This document shows positions 1 to 14,500 of a stretch of DNA of 64,000 nt, piece by piece. Below the pieces are notes generated by a model. That model was not told the DNA's origin, made no database searches, and saw nothing but the letters and a program-made list of their open reading frames with translations. How positions within the stretch are numbered: position 1 is the first letter of the stretch; every line of letters begins with the position of its first letter. The DNA is taken from the NCBI GenBank assembly GCA_028534125.1, contig CM052817.1, positions 13,270,001 to 13,334,000 of the forward strand, given 5' to 3'. The stretch comes from Lama glama (taxonomy: Eukaryota). The translations under genes were made by a program, and so were the position numbers.

Positions 1-985
1 TGAAGAGGTAGTTTATCACATAAAGCTATAATAAATTAAATTTACAAGCAGAGATGAAAACATGTATGAAGCTCTTGGTAAATTTTACTTCCCTGATTAT
101 TACCTCATCAGCTTTATCAGTGGAGCATCTGGTAATAAATCATATTGATCTTCAGCTCCAACAAAATACCCCCATTACCATTCATTACAATGGTACAACT
201 TACTAGCTTAGTGACTCACTTTTTTTTATTACTCTTTCTTTTTTTATTAAAGAATCAGTAAGATTCATAAAATCTGGAAATAAAGCTAGGTGACATCTTT
301 TCAAAAAAATTTTTGTCGATTCTGTGTTTTAATACATGATGAACTGAAAATTACTAACTCCATATTTTTCAAATAATTTCTTAATCTGGATTTTACTATA
401 AATTATCAGTAGAATTTTTTTGTTGCAAGTTTCAGACATTTAATTCAAAAATGTTCAGTAGATTTCCTTCTGTGTCATATGTCTTTATTCCTGCAGCTGT
501 CTCACGTTCTGACAGAAAGAAAGTTTATACGGTGATGTACAGGAGTGATAAATCTGGGTAGGAAAACTTGCCTCATCCTTTTCTTTTTTCTGCTTTCTGC
601 TTGCAACTATAACTTCGCACTTGTGGTACTTGCTCGGATAATTAGTTGTTAAGCTATAAAAGGGAAACATTCCTTTAGAGTCAGAATTGAAATAATTTGG
701 AGAAGGAGGAATAGAAAGAGATGAGGATTTATCTAATACCTGCAGGGATGGACGCTACATACACACTGTAGCATTTGATCTTCTAACTGACCTTTGCTGG
801 GGGGATATTTTTGCTATTTCAATAAAATAGGAAAACTAATGCAAAGACACAGGTTAGATAAAGTCTGGTTGTATTTCTCCAAGGAGCCTCATTATCCTGA
901 TGATTTTACTATGGTCCAGGATCTGTCCTCTGATTTGTAGGCTAGGAGTCTGACTTGACTGCACCTGATTATTGCATTTTGCCAT

Positions 986-999
986 TATATATATATGTG

Positions 1000-1044
<45 letters not shown>

Positions 1045-1082
1045 ACACACACACATACATACACATATATGTATGTGTGTGT
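986..1082. repeat. Compound (TA)n/(CA)n microsatellite
   Basis: TA run followed by a long interrupted (AC)n run. Confidence 0.95.
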
Positions 1083-3454
1083 TTGTTGGTATAACATCTG
1101 TCTCCTTACTAAAGTAGTGGCTCTATGAAGGCAGGAACTGGTTCTGTTCTAATTACTACTGAGGACCCAGGGACAAATCTAGTAGCTGTCACATAGTAGG
1201 CCCTTGATAAACATAAAATAAATATTTATGAAGTGAGTGGATAATTAAAAAATTAAACATTTATAGCAGATCTGGCTCTGAAAGGGTAGAGCTATATTAA
1301 CACTATTTAAAAACTAAAATCTGAAGGAGGAGTCCATTCTCTCCCTGTAGGAAAAAAAAGTGATGCTTTTAAGCATAAAATCAGTAAGGGAAAATGTAAT
1401 AGATAGAATGTTAAGTGGAATGGGCTAAAATGGGGTTATAATACTGAAAATTCACTTGTTAATTTTTCCTGTGCCCTGTCCTGGCTTGGATCCCATGTGT
1501 CTGAGAACTCCTGTTTTCCTGCTCTTGGCTGACCAACCCAGTATCTAATAGGCAGCCCCCTTCTTTAGATATAATACTCAATTCAATCTTCTCACAGACG
1601 CCTTAGACATCTTTCTCTAAGGGTATATTTTCTCCATAATGAAGCCTATAGATGTTTACCTCAAATTCCTCAAAGGGTGACAGCTTCATTTTGCTATTTA
1701 AAAAATAGGTCAGGCTCAAAAAAGTTAAGAAATCTTGAAAAAAAAAAAAGTTCTTCAATTGTGAGGTGACTAAACTGGCCTCAACCTTAGATTTAATTAA
1801 TTCCAGAGCCATGTTCCATCCTCCACTGAGCTGCAAAAGAAAGGCATGGCTTAGCTTGTTGGATTATCACTGAAGGGGTAATTGAAAAAATTATGAAAGG
1901 CTGATACTCAGAAAAACAGGACACTTTAAAAAACTTACGTATGAAGGAAGCATAGGAGCATAGAGACAAGGCATAAGAATGTTTGCAAAACTAAGAACTG
2001 TTTTATATTACTTTATATCTGGAACTACTGTTCTTTCCTATTCTCTGTTAATATTCTTATATCTCCCTGGATTTTGCCTGCATAGATCTTATCACAGCTT
2101 AATTTGATACTCTGACTCATGTCAAACTATCCTACTAGACTGCAAGCTTAATGAGAGCAGGACCATGTCTTTTTTTCCTCACCATTTTTGTCCTAACATT
2201 TAGCATAATGGGAGTAGGGAGATGAACAGTGCGAGGGCAGGTAGAGAGGGTCTGCGACACACAATCTGGAGAGCCGCCAAACCTTCATTCTTCACAGTAA
2301 AAAAAATGTGACAAAGGAGTATGGACTGATGATGATGGATGGGAGGAGGAAACAGAATGTCTAATAAGAGGTAAAATTAGGTTTAGAAGAAAGTTGTTGC
2401 TGCCCTGGAATCTTTCCAGCCCTTTGCTGCTTTGAACTCCGCTGGTTGAGCATCTTGTTTTCGTACAGATGAAATGCCTCCGGCAAGTCTATACACAGTC
2501 TCACCCATGGCAACAAAATCATGAATAGCAAGTTGATTCTCTATATATCAAGTCCTCAGAATTAACTTCTTAAACCTTGTCGTGAGGTCTAGTATTTTGA
2601 ATGCAATGTGATGGATTGCTAGAAAGTAGACATTTAGTTCTCTTCAATCCAGTTATAGATTTTCTGCGACGTGTCACCTGTTCAGACCATTATTCAGAAA
2701 TTCCATAAATCACGAAAAACAGTTAGTAAAAACATAGATTGTAACAATACAGTGTGTGTCTTGTCAACTCTTAGGTCCTGTTGCTTTTACTCTTGGTTAG
2801 GTTTTTCAGGGTTCCAGAGCTAGGAGCCATGCAGTTCTTCCTTTTATTTGAGAGAAGATCAGGGCAGTGTTCAAATTACACAAAGGGGAAGTTATGGTAC
2901 CCAAGTTCTCAGGCCAGGCCTTATGGGTGTCATCTCAGTGTTTTCTGAGATGTACTGCAGATTCTCAGAAGTTATAATCCTTGTTTTGGATGTGCCATTC
3001 AAATACATAAAATGGAAAGGTGACTCACTTTGTTATGTAAGCTCACTGGACTGCTTTTACTCTGCTAGTAATAAAGAAGGCTCTTTCAAAGAGATTCACA
3101 ATGATGGAGGTTAGAGACGAGGTTCAGGAGTAGTTTTTCTTTTGTGGCTTTCCTCTGGATCACTTGCATGCGTGATTATAAAGCAATGGAAGTGAGCGTG
3201 ATTCTTGAATGCTCTATCCAATTACAAACTGCATTTATGATACTGAATATAACTTTAAAATTATGTCTTTGTCCTCCGTTTCTGTTTAGACATTCTGTGT
3301 TTAACCCTTTTCCCACTATTTCTGCATTTGACAAAATCCAAAAGTTTGAATCCTTTATTATCTATTGAATAATATGTGCCAAATTTTGAATCCACATATT
3401 TCAAAGTTATTCGAGTTTCCATTGGTAAGGGTACATAAATTTGATTTGATCAAC

Positions 3455-5364
3455 TTTTTTTTTGAATTATAGTCAGTTTACAATGTTGGGTCAATTTCTA
3501 GTGTAGAGCACAATTTTTCAGTTATACATGAACATACATATATTCATTATTGCATTCTTTTTCACTGTGAGCTACCACAAGATCTTGTATTTATTTCCCT
3601 GTGCTATACAGTATAATCTTGTTTATCTATTTTACATATGCCTGTCAGTATCTACAAATTTCCTCTCCCAGTCTGTCCCTTCCCACCCCCTCCCCCCGGC
3701 AACCACAAGTTTGTGTTCTATGTGTATGGATCTGTTTCTGTTTTGTATTTATGTTCATTTGTATTTTTCTTTCTTTTTTTTTTTTTCTCTTTAAGATTCT
3801 ACATATGAGCGATCTCATATGTTATTTTTCTTTCTTTTTCTGGCTTACTTCACTTAGAAAAACATTCTCCAGGGACATCCATGTTGCTGCAAATGGTGTT
3901 ATGTTGTTGTGTTTTTATGGCTGAATAGTATTTCATTGTATAAATATACCACATCTTCCTTATCCAGTCATCTGTCGATGGACATTTAGGCTGTTTACAT
4001 GTCTTGGCTATTGTAAATAGTGCTGCTGTGAACATTGTGGTGCAGGTGTCTTTTTGAAGTAGGGTTCCTTCTGGATATATGCCCAGGAGGGGGATTCCTG
4101 GGTCATATGATAAGTCTGTTCCTAGTCTTTTGAGGAATCTCCATACTGTTTTCCATAATGGCTGCATCAAACTGCATTCCCACCAGCAGTGAAGGAGGGT
4201 TCCCTTTTGTCCACAGCCTCTCCAGCATTTGTCTTTTATGGACTTTTGAATGATGGCCATTCTGACTGGTGTTAGGTGATACCTCATTTTGTTTTGATTT
4301 GCATTTCTCTGATAATTAGTAATACTGAGCATTTTTTCATGTGCCTATTGATCATTTGTGTATCTTCCTTGGGGAATTGCTTGTTTAGGTCTTCTGCCCA
4401 TTTTTGGACTGGGTTGTTTGTTTTTTTCTTATTAAGTCATATGAGCTGCTTATATATTCTGGAGATCAAGCCTTTGTCGGTTTCATCTTTTGCAAAAATT
4501 TTCTCCCATTCTGTAGGTTGTCATTTGTTTTTCTTATGGTTTCCTTTGCTGTGCAGAAGCTTGTAAGTTTAATTAGGTCCCATTTGTTTATTCTTGCTTT
4601 TATTTCTATTGCTTAGGTAGACTGCCCTAGGAGAACATTTTTGAAATGTATGTCAGATAATGTTTTGCCTATGTTTTCTTCTAGGAGGTTTATTGTATCT
4701 TGTCTTATGTTTAAGTCTTTGATCCACTTTGAGTTTACTTTTGTGTGTGGTGTAAGGGAGTGTTCTAGCTTCATTGATTTACATCCTGTCTAGTTTTCCC
4801 AACACCATTTACTGGAGAGACTGTCTTTATTCCATTGTCTATTCTTGCCTCCTTTGTCGAAGATTAGTTGACCAAAAGTTTGTGAGTTCATTTCTGGGCT
4901 CTCCATTCTGTTCCATTGGCCTATATGTCTGTTTTTGTACCAATACCATGCTGTTTTGATTACTGTAGCTCTATAGTATTGTCTGAAGTCTGGGAGGGTT
5001 ATTCCTCCGGCCTCTTTCTTTTTCTTTAGTAAAGCTTTGGCAGTTCTAGGTCTTTTGTGATTCCATATAAATTTTATTATGATTTGTTCTAGTTCTGTGA
5101 AATATGTCCTGGGTAATTTGATAGGGATTGCATTAAATCTATAGATTGCCTTGGGCAGTATGACCATTTTAACAATACCGAGTCTTCCAGTCCAGGAGCA
5201 CGGGATATCTTTCCATTTTTTAAAGTCCTCTTTAATTTCCTTACTCAATGTTTTATAGTTCTCCATATGTAAGTCTTTCACCTCTTTGGTTAGGTTTATT
5301 CCTAGGTATTTTATTACTTTGGGTGCTGTTTTAAAGGGAATTGTTTCTTTACTCTCTTTTCCTG
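3455..5364 (-). mobile_element. 5'-truncated LINE-1 (ORF2 3' part plus 3' UTR)
   Basis: Minus-strand ORFs 4790..5392 ([15 protein letters not shown]...WKDIPCSW...[11 protein letters not shown]) and 3850..4332 ([18 protein letters not shown] zinc knuckle) are ORF2 pieces. Poly-T at 3455-3463; candidate TSD GATCAAC at 3448-3454 and 5365-5371. Confidence 0.95.
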
Positions 5365-5580
5365 GATCAACATGTTCTTTTAAATAGCCCATTCTTCACT
5401 AGCTTATTAAGAGAGTTACAGGTACTCATGAAATCAAGCATGACTTTTTGATCATTTGTCACGCATTCAGTAATGCCTCAGCTAACAGAACAACTGTCAT
5501 GCTGTGTAATTGGTTCATTTTCTTTAATTAATACCAAATTTTGAAAATAAATTTTACAAATGAATATATAGTTTGAATAC

Positions 5581-5692
5581 TTTTATAGCACATGTAAAAT
5601 AACCTTGACTTTACTATTTAGACAATATTGAGCTTGACTAATTTTTATAGCACATGTTAATTAGCTTGACTTTACTATTCAGAAAATATTGA
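5581..5692. repeat. Diverged ~50-bp direct duplication
   Basis: TTTTATAGCACATGT...CTTGACTTTACTATT...AATATTGA occurs at 5581-5631 and 5643-5692. Confidence 0.85.
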
Positions 5693-7271
5693 TAAAATAT
5701 CTAAATAAAGCAAATGGTGCCAATTTTAATGTAATTTTGTATGAAATAAATAAATGCTTCATAATCTGATTTTGCCTTAGATAAATCAAAATAAACTGAA
5801 AATTTCAAAGTGAAATTATTTTCACTATAAATGTATTTAATTGTTTCACTACAAATGTATGTAAAAACTTAGGTGTATTCTACTTAAGGGTTATGAAATG
5901 CAACAGAAAGTAGGCAGAGTTAAGAAAATGTTTAAAAAGAAAAATTTGGTCAGTTCTACCTTAGTTCATGATTTAACTGGAGTGCTTGTTAGCATTTTGC
6001 AATTTAATGCATTCCTGGTATTTTTGTTACTTCAGATTCACCCACCTAGCCTATAACATGAGTTTTGGTCTTGAACTTTATATTTTTACAATTGTGTGTT
6101 CCTTAGGCTAACTGATAACTCTTAATATTTTGTATATTAGAAACATATATGACTTTTTTTAAAAAACATCATAGCTAATACCTCATTCTGATAAAATTAA
6201 TTTGCAAAGCAAGTTTCAAATTGTTGATTTTATTTCAGAAGTACTGAAACAATGTAGAAACCTATATGTTCTCTAAAGGTTAGCAGATAACCTTTTCAGT
6301 TTTTGCACTGTAGAAAATAGTTTTGTTAGTTTTTACATAAACATGGTTCCAAATACGGATCTATCATCTGATCATTCTGATGTAGACAATTAGAATTACA
6401 TTCATAAATTTGGCTCTGAGATTGTACAGTAGCAGAAATTAAGTATAGATTCCCCCAAATCTTATTAAAGAACTACTTTCTCTTCTATCAGATAGTATCA
6501 TCTTATCTAGAAGTGTCATTAAATAAACAGTCCTAGAATTGAAGTAAACCCATCATCAAATCCACCAAGTCATACAAAAGTCAGTATTTTAGCTCTGATT
6601 ATGTGCTCATCTAGTTATGATTAGAAAAGCAAAAAAAGTATGATTCCTTTCTGGCAATATTGTTTTTTATTTTATGAGATAAAAAGAAAGTCATTTGATG
6701 TAAAAGAATGTTTTGTACAAATTTTATGAATCCTGTATTCATTTCTTCATGTTTTAGGTTATATCTGCTGACGTTTTCATATCGTGATCTCATCGTAAGT
6801 TAAGACCTTGAAAAAGACATAATAATGTAGCTTCCTACAGAATGTAGGGAGCCAATTCATTATTCAGTACACAAAACAAAGAGTACCATTGTGTTCCCTC
6901 AGAACAGACATCTCACATTAATTCTTAGTTATCAGTAGCCATGCTTAGTGTAATCTCTAGCAGTTTTGATGGTTCCACAGCAAAATAGCGTAAGATAAAT
7001 AATGTAAAATAAATATATAGATTAAACTATACTTTAGTTCCATAAACCATTTTTGAGTTCACTAATAATCATTGGAGTATTTTTATCTTTATTTTGGCAG
7101 AATTCTCAATTTTATACACATATCTTGAACAATCTTTAACTGTTGTTGAATGAAATAGAATCATCATTTTTTAAAGCTACATGTATCCATTACATGCAGC
7201 GAATTCATTTTTATTAAGAGTGTGGGGTCATGATAAAATTCTTTGTACCTATTTCCATGAACCTTACCTCC

Positions 7272-8385
7272 TTTTTTTTTCCAATTTTACTGAGAAATAA
7301 TTGACAAACATAATTGTATGTATTTAAAGTGTACAGCATGATGATTTGACATACTTACTCATTGTAAAATGATTACCAAGATCAAGATAATTAACACAGT
7401 TATCACCTCACATAGTTAACTATTTTTGTGTGTGTGATAAGAAAGCTTAAGTTCTACTTTCAGCAATTTTCAACTATACATTTGAAATATATTATTAACT
7501 ATGGTCACTGTACTGTACATTAGATCCTCAGAATTTATTCTTCTTATAACTTAGTATTTGTACCTTTTAACCTACATCTCCCCATTTTTACTCCCATCAG
7601 CATCAGCCAATCACTATTCTATTCTGTTTTAATGAAACTGGCTTTTTTTTTTAAGATTCCACATATAAATGATAGCGTACAGTATTTGTATTTATCTGTT
7701 CAGCTTATTTCACGTAACATATTATCCTTCCAGGTTCATCTATGATGTCACAAATTACAGGATTTCCTTCCTTTTATGGTTGTGTAATATTCCATTGTAT
7801 ATACATCACAATTTATCCATTCATCTGTAGTGGGACATTAAGGTTGCTTCCATATCTTGGCTATTGTGAATAAACCTGTGATAAACATGGGAATGCAGAT
7901 ATCTCTTCAAGAGAGTGAGTTCAGTTCCTTCAGATATATACTCAGGAGTCAGATTGCTGGATTATGTGGTAGTTCTATTTTTAATTTTTTGAGAACCACT
8001 ATACTGTTTTCTATAATGGTGGTACTAATTTTACATTCCCACAAACAGTGCATGAGGGTTCTGTTTTCTCAACATCCTTGCCAACATTTGTTAAGTCTTG
8101 TCTTTTTGATAATAGCCATCCTAACAGATGTGAGGTGACCTCACTGTGGTCCTCATTTGCATTTCTCTAATGATTAGTGATGTTGAGCACCTTTTCGTGT
8201 TTCTACTCACCATTTGTATGTCTTTGGAAAAATGTCTATTCAGTCCCTTTGCCCATTTATTATTTTGATTATTTGCTTTTTTGCTGTTGGGTTGTATGAA
8301 TTCTTGACATATTTTGGATATTCACCCCTAGCAGATATATGATTTGCAAATATTTTCTTCCATTCCATTGGTTACCTTTTTCAAC
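7272..8385 (-). mobile_element. Older LINE-1 3' fragment (L1MA-like)
   Basis: Poly-T, then L1 3' UTR and ORF2-end similarity (tttgcatttctctaatgattagtgatgttgagcaccttttc); more degenerate than the 3455 copy. Confidence 0.85.
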
Positions 8386-8754
8386 ATATTGATGTTTTTC
8401 TTATTTGTACCTAATTTCACAAAGAAATTTATATGCTAACATAACTGTTATATATATGTATACACACACCCTTTGTATGCCTTTTTGTCGTTGATTTGTT
8501 TGATCAGTTAAATAGAAAACCATAATGGTTTTCATAAGAGAAAAGTATAGAAGAATGAATCAAACTCTTGTACTATTAGTTAAAATGTGAAAATGAGTAT
8601 GGTAAAATTGATATAAAAGAAATATTAAAATGACTAGAGTAGTAAGGCAAAGCAGAATCACTAACTGGTTTCTCTTAAACATTCCAAGTTATCTGATGAA
8701 AGTTGTTGCAACAGATCATGACGCCTAGAAAAATAACATTTTTTTTCATGTTCT

Positions 8755-9330
8755 ACATGTTCAACAAATATTTTTGAGGGCCTACTCTGCATCATGCATT
8801 ACGGTTGAGAGATCACAGGTCCAGCTTTCAAAATGTATACAGTGCAGAGAACTGAAGCTTTACACAAACAGAAATGATCAAACCTATAGGACAAGTAATA
8901 AATCCATGTGCATAGGGAGCACAGAGAAAGGAATCTCTTGATTTTCCTGGAGGACTCCTAGAATCTTCAGGTATGAGGACATGTTTTGCCAGAAGAGAAA
9001 CGGGGGGCTTTCTAGACAGGGGAAAGAGCATCACGAAGTCCCAGAAAAGTGGAAGATGATTGTGTCTTTGAGAAATGCAAACAGTTCTAATTGTTAGAAC
9101 ATAAAATAGAAGCCTAATCTTGAAGAATCACCCGTCCTGATGACAGTAGGATACAAGGGGAAATTTTGAGCAGTGTAGTAGTACGATTCTATTCGTTAGT
9201 TAGAAAAATCACTCTCACATGGAGTAGAGGATGGTTTGGTGGAAAAGAATGTAATAGAAAGAGTCTACGTAAGGCAGGCTGCAGGCTCAGCGGAGATAGT
9301 GATGGGAGGCACTTACAAGAAGTGACTTGG
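8755..9330 (-). mobile_element. L2 fragment
   Basis: Starts ttcaacaaatatttttgagggcctact (reverse of the L2 3' end); later tagaaaaatcactctcac. Boundaries approximate. Confidence 0.6.
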
Positions 9331-11201
9331 AAGCTGTTGTGGTTAAATCACTAAAAAAGCTTCTGCAGGAAAGAAATGGAGATCCAGTAAAATAAGACCT
9401 GTGTAGACTTTTACATGGAAATGAAGACAGCTGGGGCATAGTTAACGTACAATTCATTCTCAAATGAATGAAATTGCTACTTGTTTTTTAAGAATTAAGT
9501 TATAGATTTATGGGAAAGAGTAAATTGAAAATTTGTAGAGTTGAAATTCTACTAGTGATCACAGCGTTATCTGAACTTTTGGAGAAAGATGACAGATAAC
9601 TTGGACAATGACTCAGTGCAGGCATCAGGGAGAAGGCTATTTCCTATCTCTCACTGAGTAACACTGTTAAACAAGTGATGTATACTGATAATTTGCATTT
9701 TTTTAAACCAATATTACCAAATGGGAGACTTAGCTCAGTGCCTGACACATACTAAGTGTCCAGAAGGTTTTACTCATTAATGAAAAACAAAACAGCAAAA
9801 CTTCCACTTGTCTTTCTTGGATTACTAAAGAAAAATTATGTATGAAAACTGAGTGTTAGTGACATTATGATTCTGTGCTCTGTTCCCCTGAAATCTGTGA
9901 GGCATGTGTCTCAGCCCATTTTTCCCTCTAAATCTAAATTATGCGATTGTGTGTGTTGAGTGTACTTTTGTTTGCATTTGGGTATATGTCCATATAAATG
10001 CATACATAAAAAATTTTTAACACTCATTCAGAAGATCATTGCCTGAAATATGAGGTCAGTAGAAACACACACACACTTTTGTCTTGCTTTAAATTCTTAA
10101 AGATCAAATGGAAAAAAAAATTATTTTTATTATAAAAACATCAGTTGTTCTTACACTCAGGGAAATGTACCCAGTATGACACATCACAAGAAATAAAATA
10201 AGAGTAAGGAAATGGACAATTTTCAGGAACAAGTCATCCAGAGACAGGGATCACTGATAATCAATTAGGATGGACACAGTCTTACGGCAAAAACCCTGGC
10301 TATATAGGCAAGGTATGTCCCTCTAGGGACCAATATTCACTCAGCTGTTAAAGGTATTTATTAAACTTAAAAGGTTCTAGAAACTGCAATTATATAACAG
10401 CAATAATATTCTAGTCTAAAATAATCTTGGGTTATTTTATGTAGGGACATATGAGAGCTTTCATTTACTGCTCAAGTTAGAAGTAACATTCCAGAAATAT
10501 GAAGCCCTTACTTTAGAGTTATTATGTAAAAGTCAAGAAGATCCCTGATGTCAAAGTCATATTGCTACTTCCTCCTTTACAAAGGCTGGACTGAGGTTAC
10601 CTATGATGAGAATGTTTGGCTACACCGAGCATGACTCAGAAGCTAGAGTCATTCTGCCACTCCAGCCTTCACCCCATTAAATCTGTTGTATTTTCTGGCA
10701 GCTGTTTTTGCCATTTACGTTAAAAGCAGATGGGGAAAATGTGAAGAACTGTCAGTTTTATTACCATGTATAATCAGCATCTGGGCTGTATGTTACAGAA
10801 ACAGTCAAACTCATACTTTACTAGTGGTGTAAAAAGTTTTTTGAGTTTCTAAGACATGTTCACATTAGAGAAAGTGTTATATTTGAATCATGTGGATCAT
10901 GGAAATTGCAACCGTTTATATTTTTTTAGCCTCCATGTGAATGATGCATATCTGTATGTGTTTAATATGCAGTTATGAATTATCAGCAAAACCGTTCTGC
11001 TAATTTGTTTTAAAATGTGTTTTGGAACCATAAATATTTGTTTCTAATTAGAGATTAAATCATGTGTCAGATTGATTCTTTATATAATCTGTGTATGTCT
11101 GTGTAACTAATATGCTGTAGATATTGCAGCACATAATGCTGTATATTATATGTTACACATGTACACATATATATCCTCATTTTTATTGTTTCACCATTTT
11201 T

Positions 11202-11321
11202 ATGGGGGGGTCATTTAGGTTTATTTATGTATTTATTTACTTAAACAGAGGTACTGGGGATTGAACCCAGGACCTTGTGCGTGCTATGTATGCACTCTAC
11301 CATTCAGCTATACCCTCCTCC
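11202..11321 (-). mobile_element. tRNA-derived SINE, camelid (vic-1-like) type
   Basis: Reverse strand reads GGAGGAGGGTATAGCTGAATGGTAGAG...GTCCTGGGTTCAATCCCCAGTACCTC (Pol III A/B boxes) with an AATAAAT-rich tail. Degenerate TSD TGTTTCACCATTTTT (11187-11201) vs TGTTTCTCTATTTTT (11322-11336). Confidence 0.88.
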
Positions 11322-11384
11322 TGTTTCTCTATTTTTGAGCAGGAAAAGCATACTACATATTTATTATTTTACATCTCATAATTT

Positions 11385-11525
11385 TTACCAAAACATTTTT
11401 AGAAGGTTTTATTTTCTTATTTTTCAGAAATAGAAACTCAGACAGAGAGAAACAGTAAAGTTTCCCAGATTCACAGAGCTAATCAGTGGCAGATCCAGAA
11501 TTTATTCCAAGTCTGTATAAAGCTC
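11385..11525 (-). mobile_element. MIR fragment
   Basis: attttcagaaatagaaactcagacagagag...cccagattcacagagctaatcagtggcaga resembles the MIR core. Confidence 0.65.
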
Positions 11526-14500
11526 ATTTTTTTAATCACTAAACTACACATTTTTTCTCTATGTCTGTACATATACGAAACATAAATACCTCTTGGGGAG
11601 AGCTATTTCAGCTTTGGCATGTGGATTATTTTTTATAGTTTGTGAAAATAATTTAATTCGAAAAATACTGAAAAGAATGCTGAAGCATTGAAAGCTAGTG
11701 AGCTGAAAGTGTCATTTAAAATAAACTAACATGGTTAAATACAGTGTAAATGTCTTCAGAACTAGTTGGAGCTTTTGCATGCCCAGTTACACTGTGTTGT
11801 ATGCTTCACTGATGTAAGATGCGCTCATTGCTGACCAGAGGAGAGTGTTTACATGCCACACAGCCCAGTTATACCAGCATGTCATTTCCATGTTCTAAGG
11901 GTCTGCAGTATTACAGCAGGATGATTTACCAATCATTTCCCATTTTCTGCCGTCTTTGAAATAGGCACCAGAAAGTGATATATTGGTAACAGTTCATTCT
12001 TTAGGAACTCTAAAAGTGTGAGGACATGTATTTTTAAAAAATAGCAGTAATTAGAGAGCAAGAGAAAAACATATATGGGAGTGGGGAGGGAAGACCTTTA
12101 TGGGTTAAACATGCTTATGAATTTTTTGATTGGAGTAGTTAGAAGACTGTGTCCTAACTAAAACTGAACTTCTAATAAACTTTCCAGCTGGTTTTGATGA
12201 AGTGGTAACAACAGATTGCTTTAAGATGTACATACACACAGTGATAAAATGTGTTGGAGTCGTTCGCATACATTCTGTGGAGGAAAACTCCCTGGCGCCT
12301 TATATATGAAAAAGTCTTTGTTCATAGTATGCGGTTTATAAAATTTTCTCCCTCTAGTTTTCAGTTTTCTAAATACATGTTTACTTTGAAATTCAAAATA
12401 TTAAATTTTCTTTCTATGAAGGACCAGCTTCAGGAAGGCTCTTAATTCTAGTGAACGTTTGCTACAGCTTGCAGATACATCTCAGCCATTACACTGTCTG
12501 TTTTGGTAACTCTGGAATGTTTTAAATCAGATTCTTCATGGAACAATGAATTCAAATTTGTTCTCTATAAAATTCAGCAGATTCTGTGCTGTTAGAGTAG
12601 AAGATGAGAGGATAGCAAAGCTAGAAACTGTAAATTTCATTTGCTTCCTTTTAACCTTCACCTGAAAATGCTAGTATTTTTCTTCCTTATTTTTTATAAT
12701 TTAGTTTTAATACATCCTTTCTTTTTTTGGAGGAAGAGCAGCATTTGAGATGTGTCCTGTTTGTAGTTTGTCAAATATAAAGTTCTTGTAATGAAAAACA
12801 AAAATTCTTTATCCTGGAGCCCTAAAAGTTTACAGGAAATGCGTATTAGTTTAGTTTTCCACTGAAGACAAGAAAATAAGACATTTTAAAATTTATTGTT
12901 TGACACCTGGCAGTGGCAGAATATTTTCCTTCTTGAGAATCTTTCTCTGTGAATGAAGAGGCAGTTATGTTGTGTCTTAGCAGACTGCTGAGACAGTGGC
13001 AGAAAAACTGATCAGCTCCTGAGTGAATATAAATAGCCAAGTAAGCTTTGTTTCAAATACTTTTTTTTTTTTTGGAACAAGGTTGGAAGTAAATAGATAA
13101 GTAAAGAAAAGCAAGCAAATCCATTGTGCATGTCGTTGTTCAGCTTTCTGTTGCATTGTTGTAAATGAAATGGTTTGCATGTGGAGATTAAATCATGGTA
13201 TATCACAATAAGGAACAACTCATGCAGCTTGGCTGTATTAGATTTGAGTTATTATTTTCACATATAAAAACTAATACCATTTCATCACAATTTCTCTTTG
13301 TTTATAACTTTGTGAGCATTCATTTTTCTAAAAAAGTATATGGCCCCACTTACTATATCTTTTTGTTTTTTTGTTTTAGCAGAAATATTTATCAGTGAAA
13401 TTAACTGCAGATTCAACACATAAACTAAGTTGCAGTCAAATATATTTGAATGTCATTAGAACAATTAGTGATCATTATAAGTATTCTAGGTTCTGAGACT
13501 TTGAAATAATAGGTGAATTTTTAAATTTCTAAAGAAACTATTCAATTATATTAAATGATAGAATTAGTTTGACCACATTTGTGAGTTAATATTATGGACA
13601 TTTCAGAAGTCTTAGTGCTGAATATGGTATTTTTTAAAGGTATTGAACAAATTAGTTGGAAATATAGCTGTAAAATTAGACACTTAATCAATAAAACCTC
13701 CATGAGGGTATAAACATATCTGTTTTAGATCACCATTGAATTGCAATTATGTAATATAATATCTTGCACAGGGTAATCAGTAAATATTTGCAGGTTGAAT
13801 TAATAAAAATAAATAATTGCTGATTCCCTTATTTTCAAGAACCTGACATAAAATTTGCAAAAAGTAATTGCATGATCTAGTTTTGCATTAGTGTTAAAAG
13901 AAACCTACTAGACACTAAGAGGTTTTTTTTCTCATTGTAACATTATTGAGCAAGTCTTTAACAACGTGAAATGACATTTCAGTGGCCTAGGTTTGAAGAC
14001 AGTCGTCTAACCAATAATACTCTATCCATAGCTTGTTTTCACTAAATTTTCATTGATTACATTTTAAACTTCTTAAAATCCAACTGCAAGAATGGATCAC
14101 AGCAGCAACAACAAAAAGTGTCTCTAAACTATCAATTCATAATGTTCTAGTCCATAATGTAACAGTGAAATGATTAAAATAGCCTTTGCTATATTTAGAG
14201 GTTTTGAGAAAGCACCCTTTCTTAAGACTTAGATAAATAACCCAGATGCTAAATCCATGTTTTCTTCATACAATTTATTTCTTGTCTTCTAGGGTAAATC
14301 TGCCCCTTAAGAACCAATAACTGGAAGGAGGCAAGGAATGTGTGAAAAATGAACAGAATACAGTGAGATAAAAGAGAGGTGTTTGGAAGAGAATGCCCTT
14401 GGATAGAAAGAGACAGTTTACCATATCTAAGAAAATAAAAGAAGGCTTCAAAAGGAGGCCATGATTTAGTTGTCTTAAAATAACTAAATAATATTATTAA

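Noticed and set aside
3850..5392. Reverse-transcriptase-related ORFs as a novel retro-system
   Set aside because: Ordinary broken LINE-1 ORF2 fragments.
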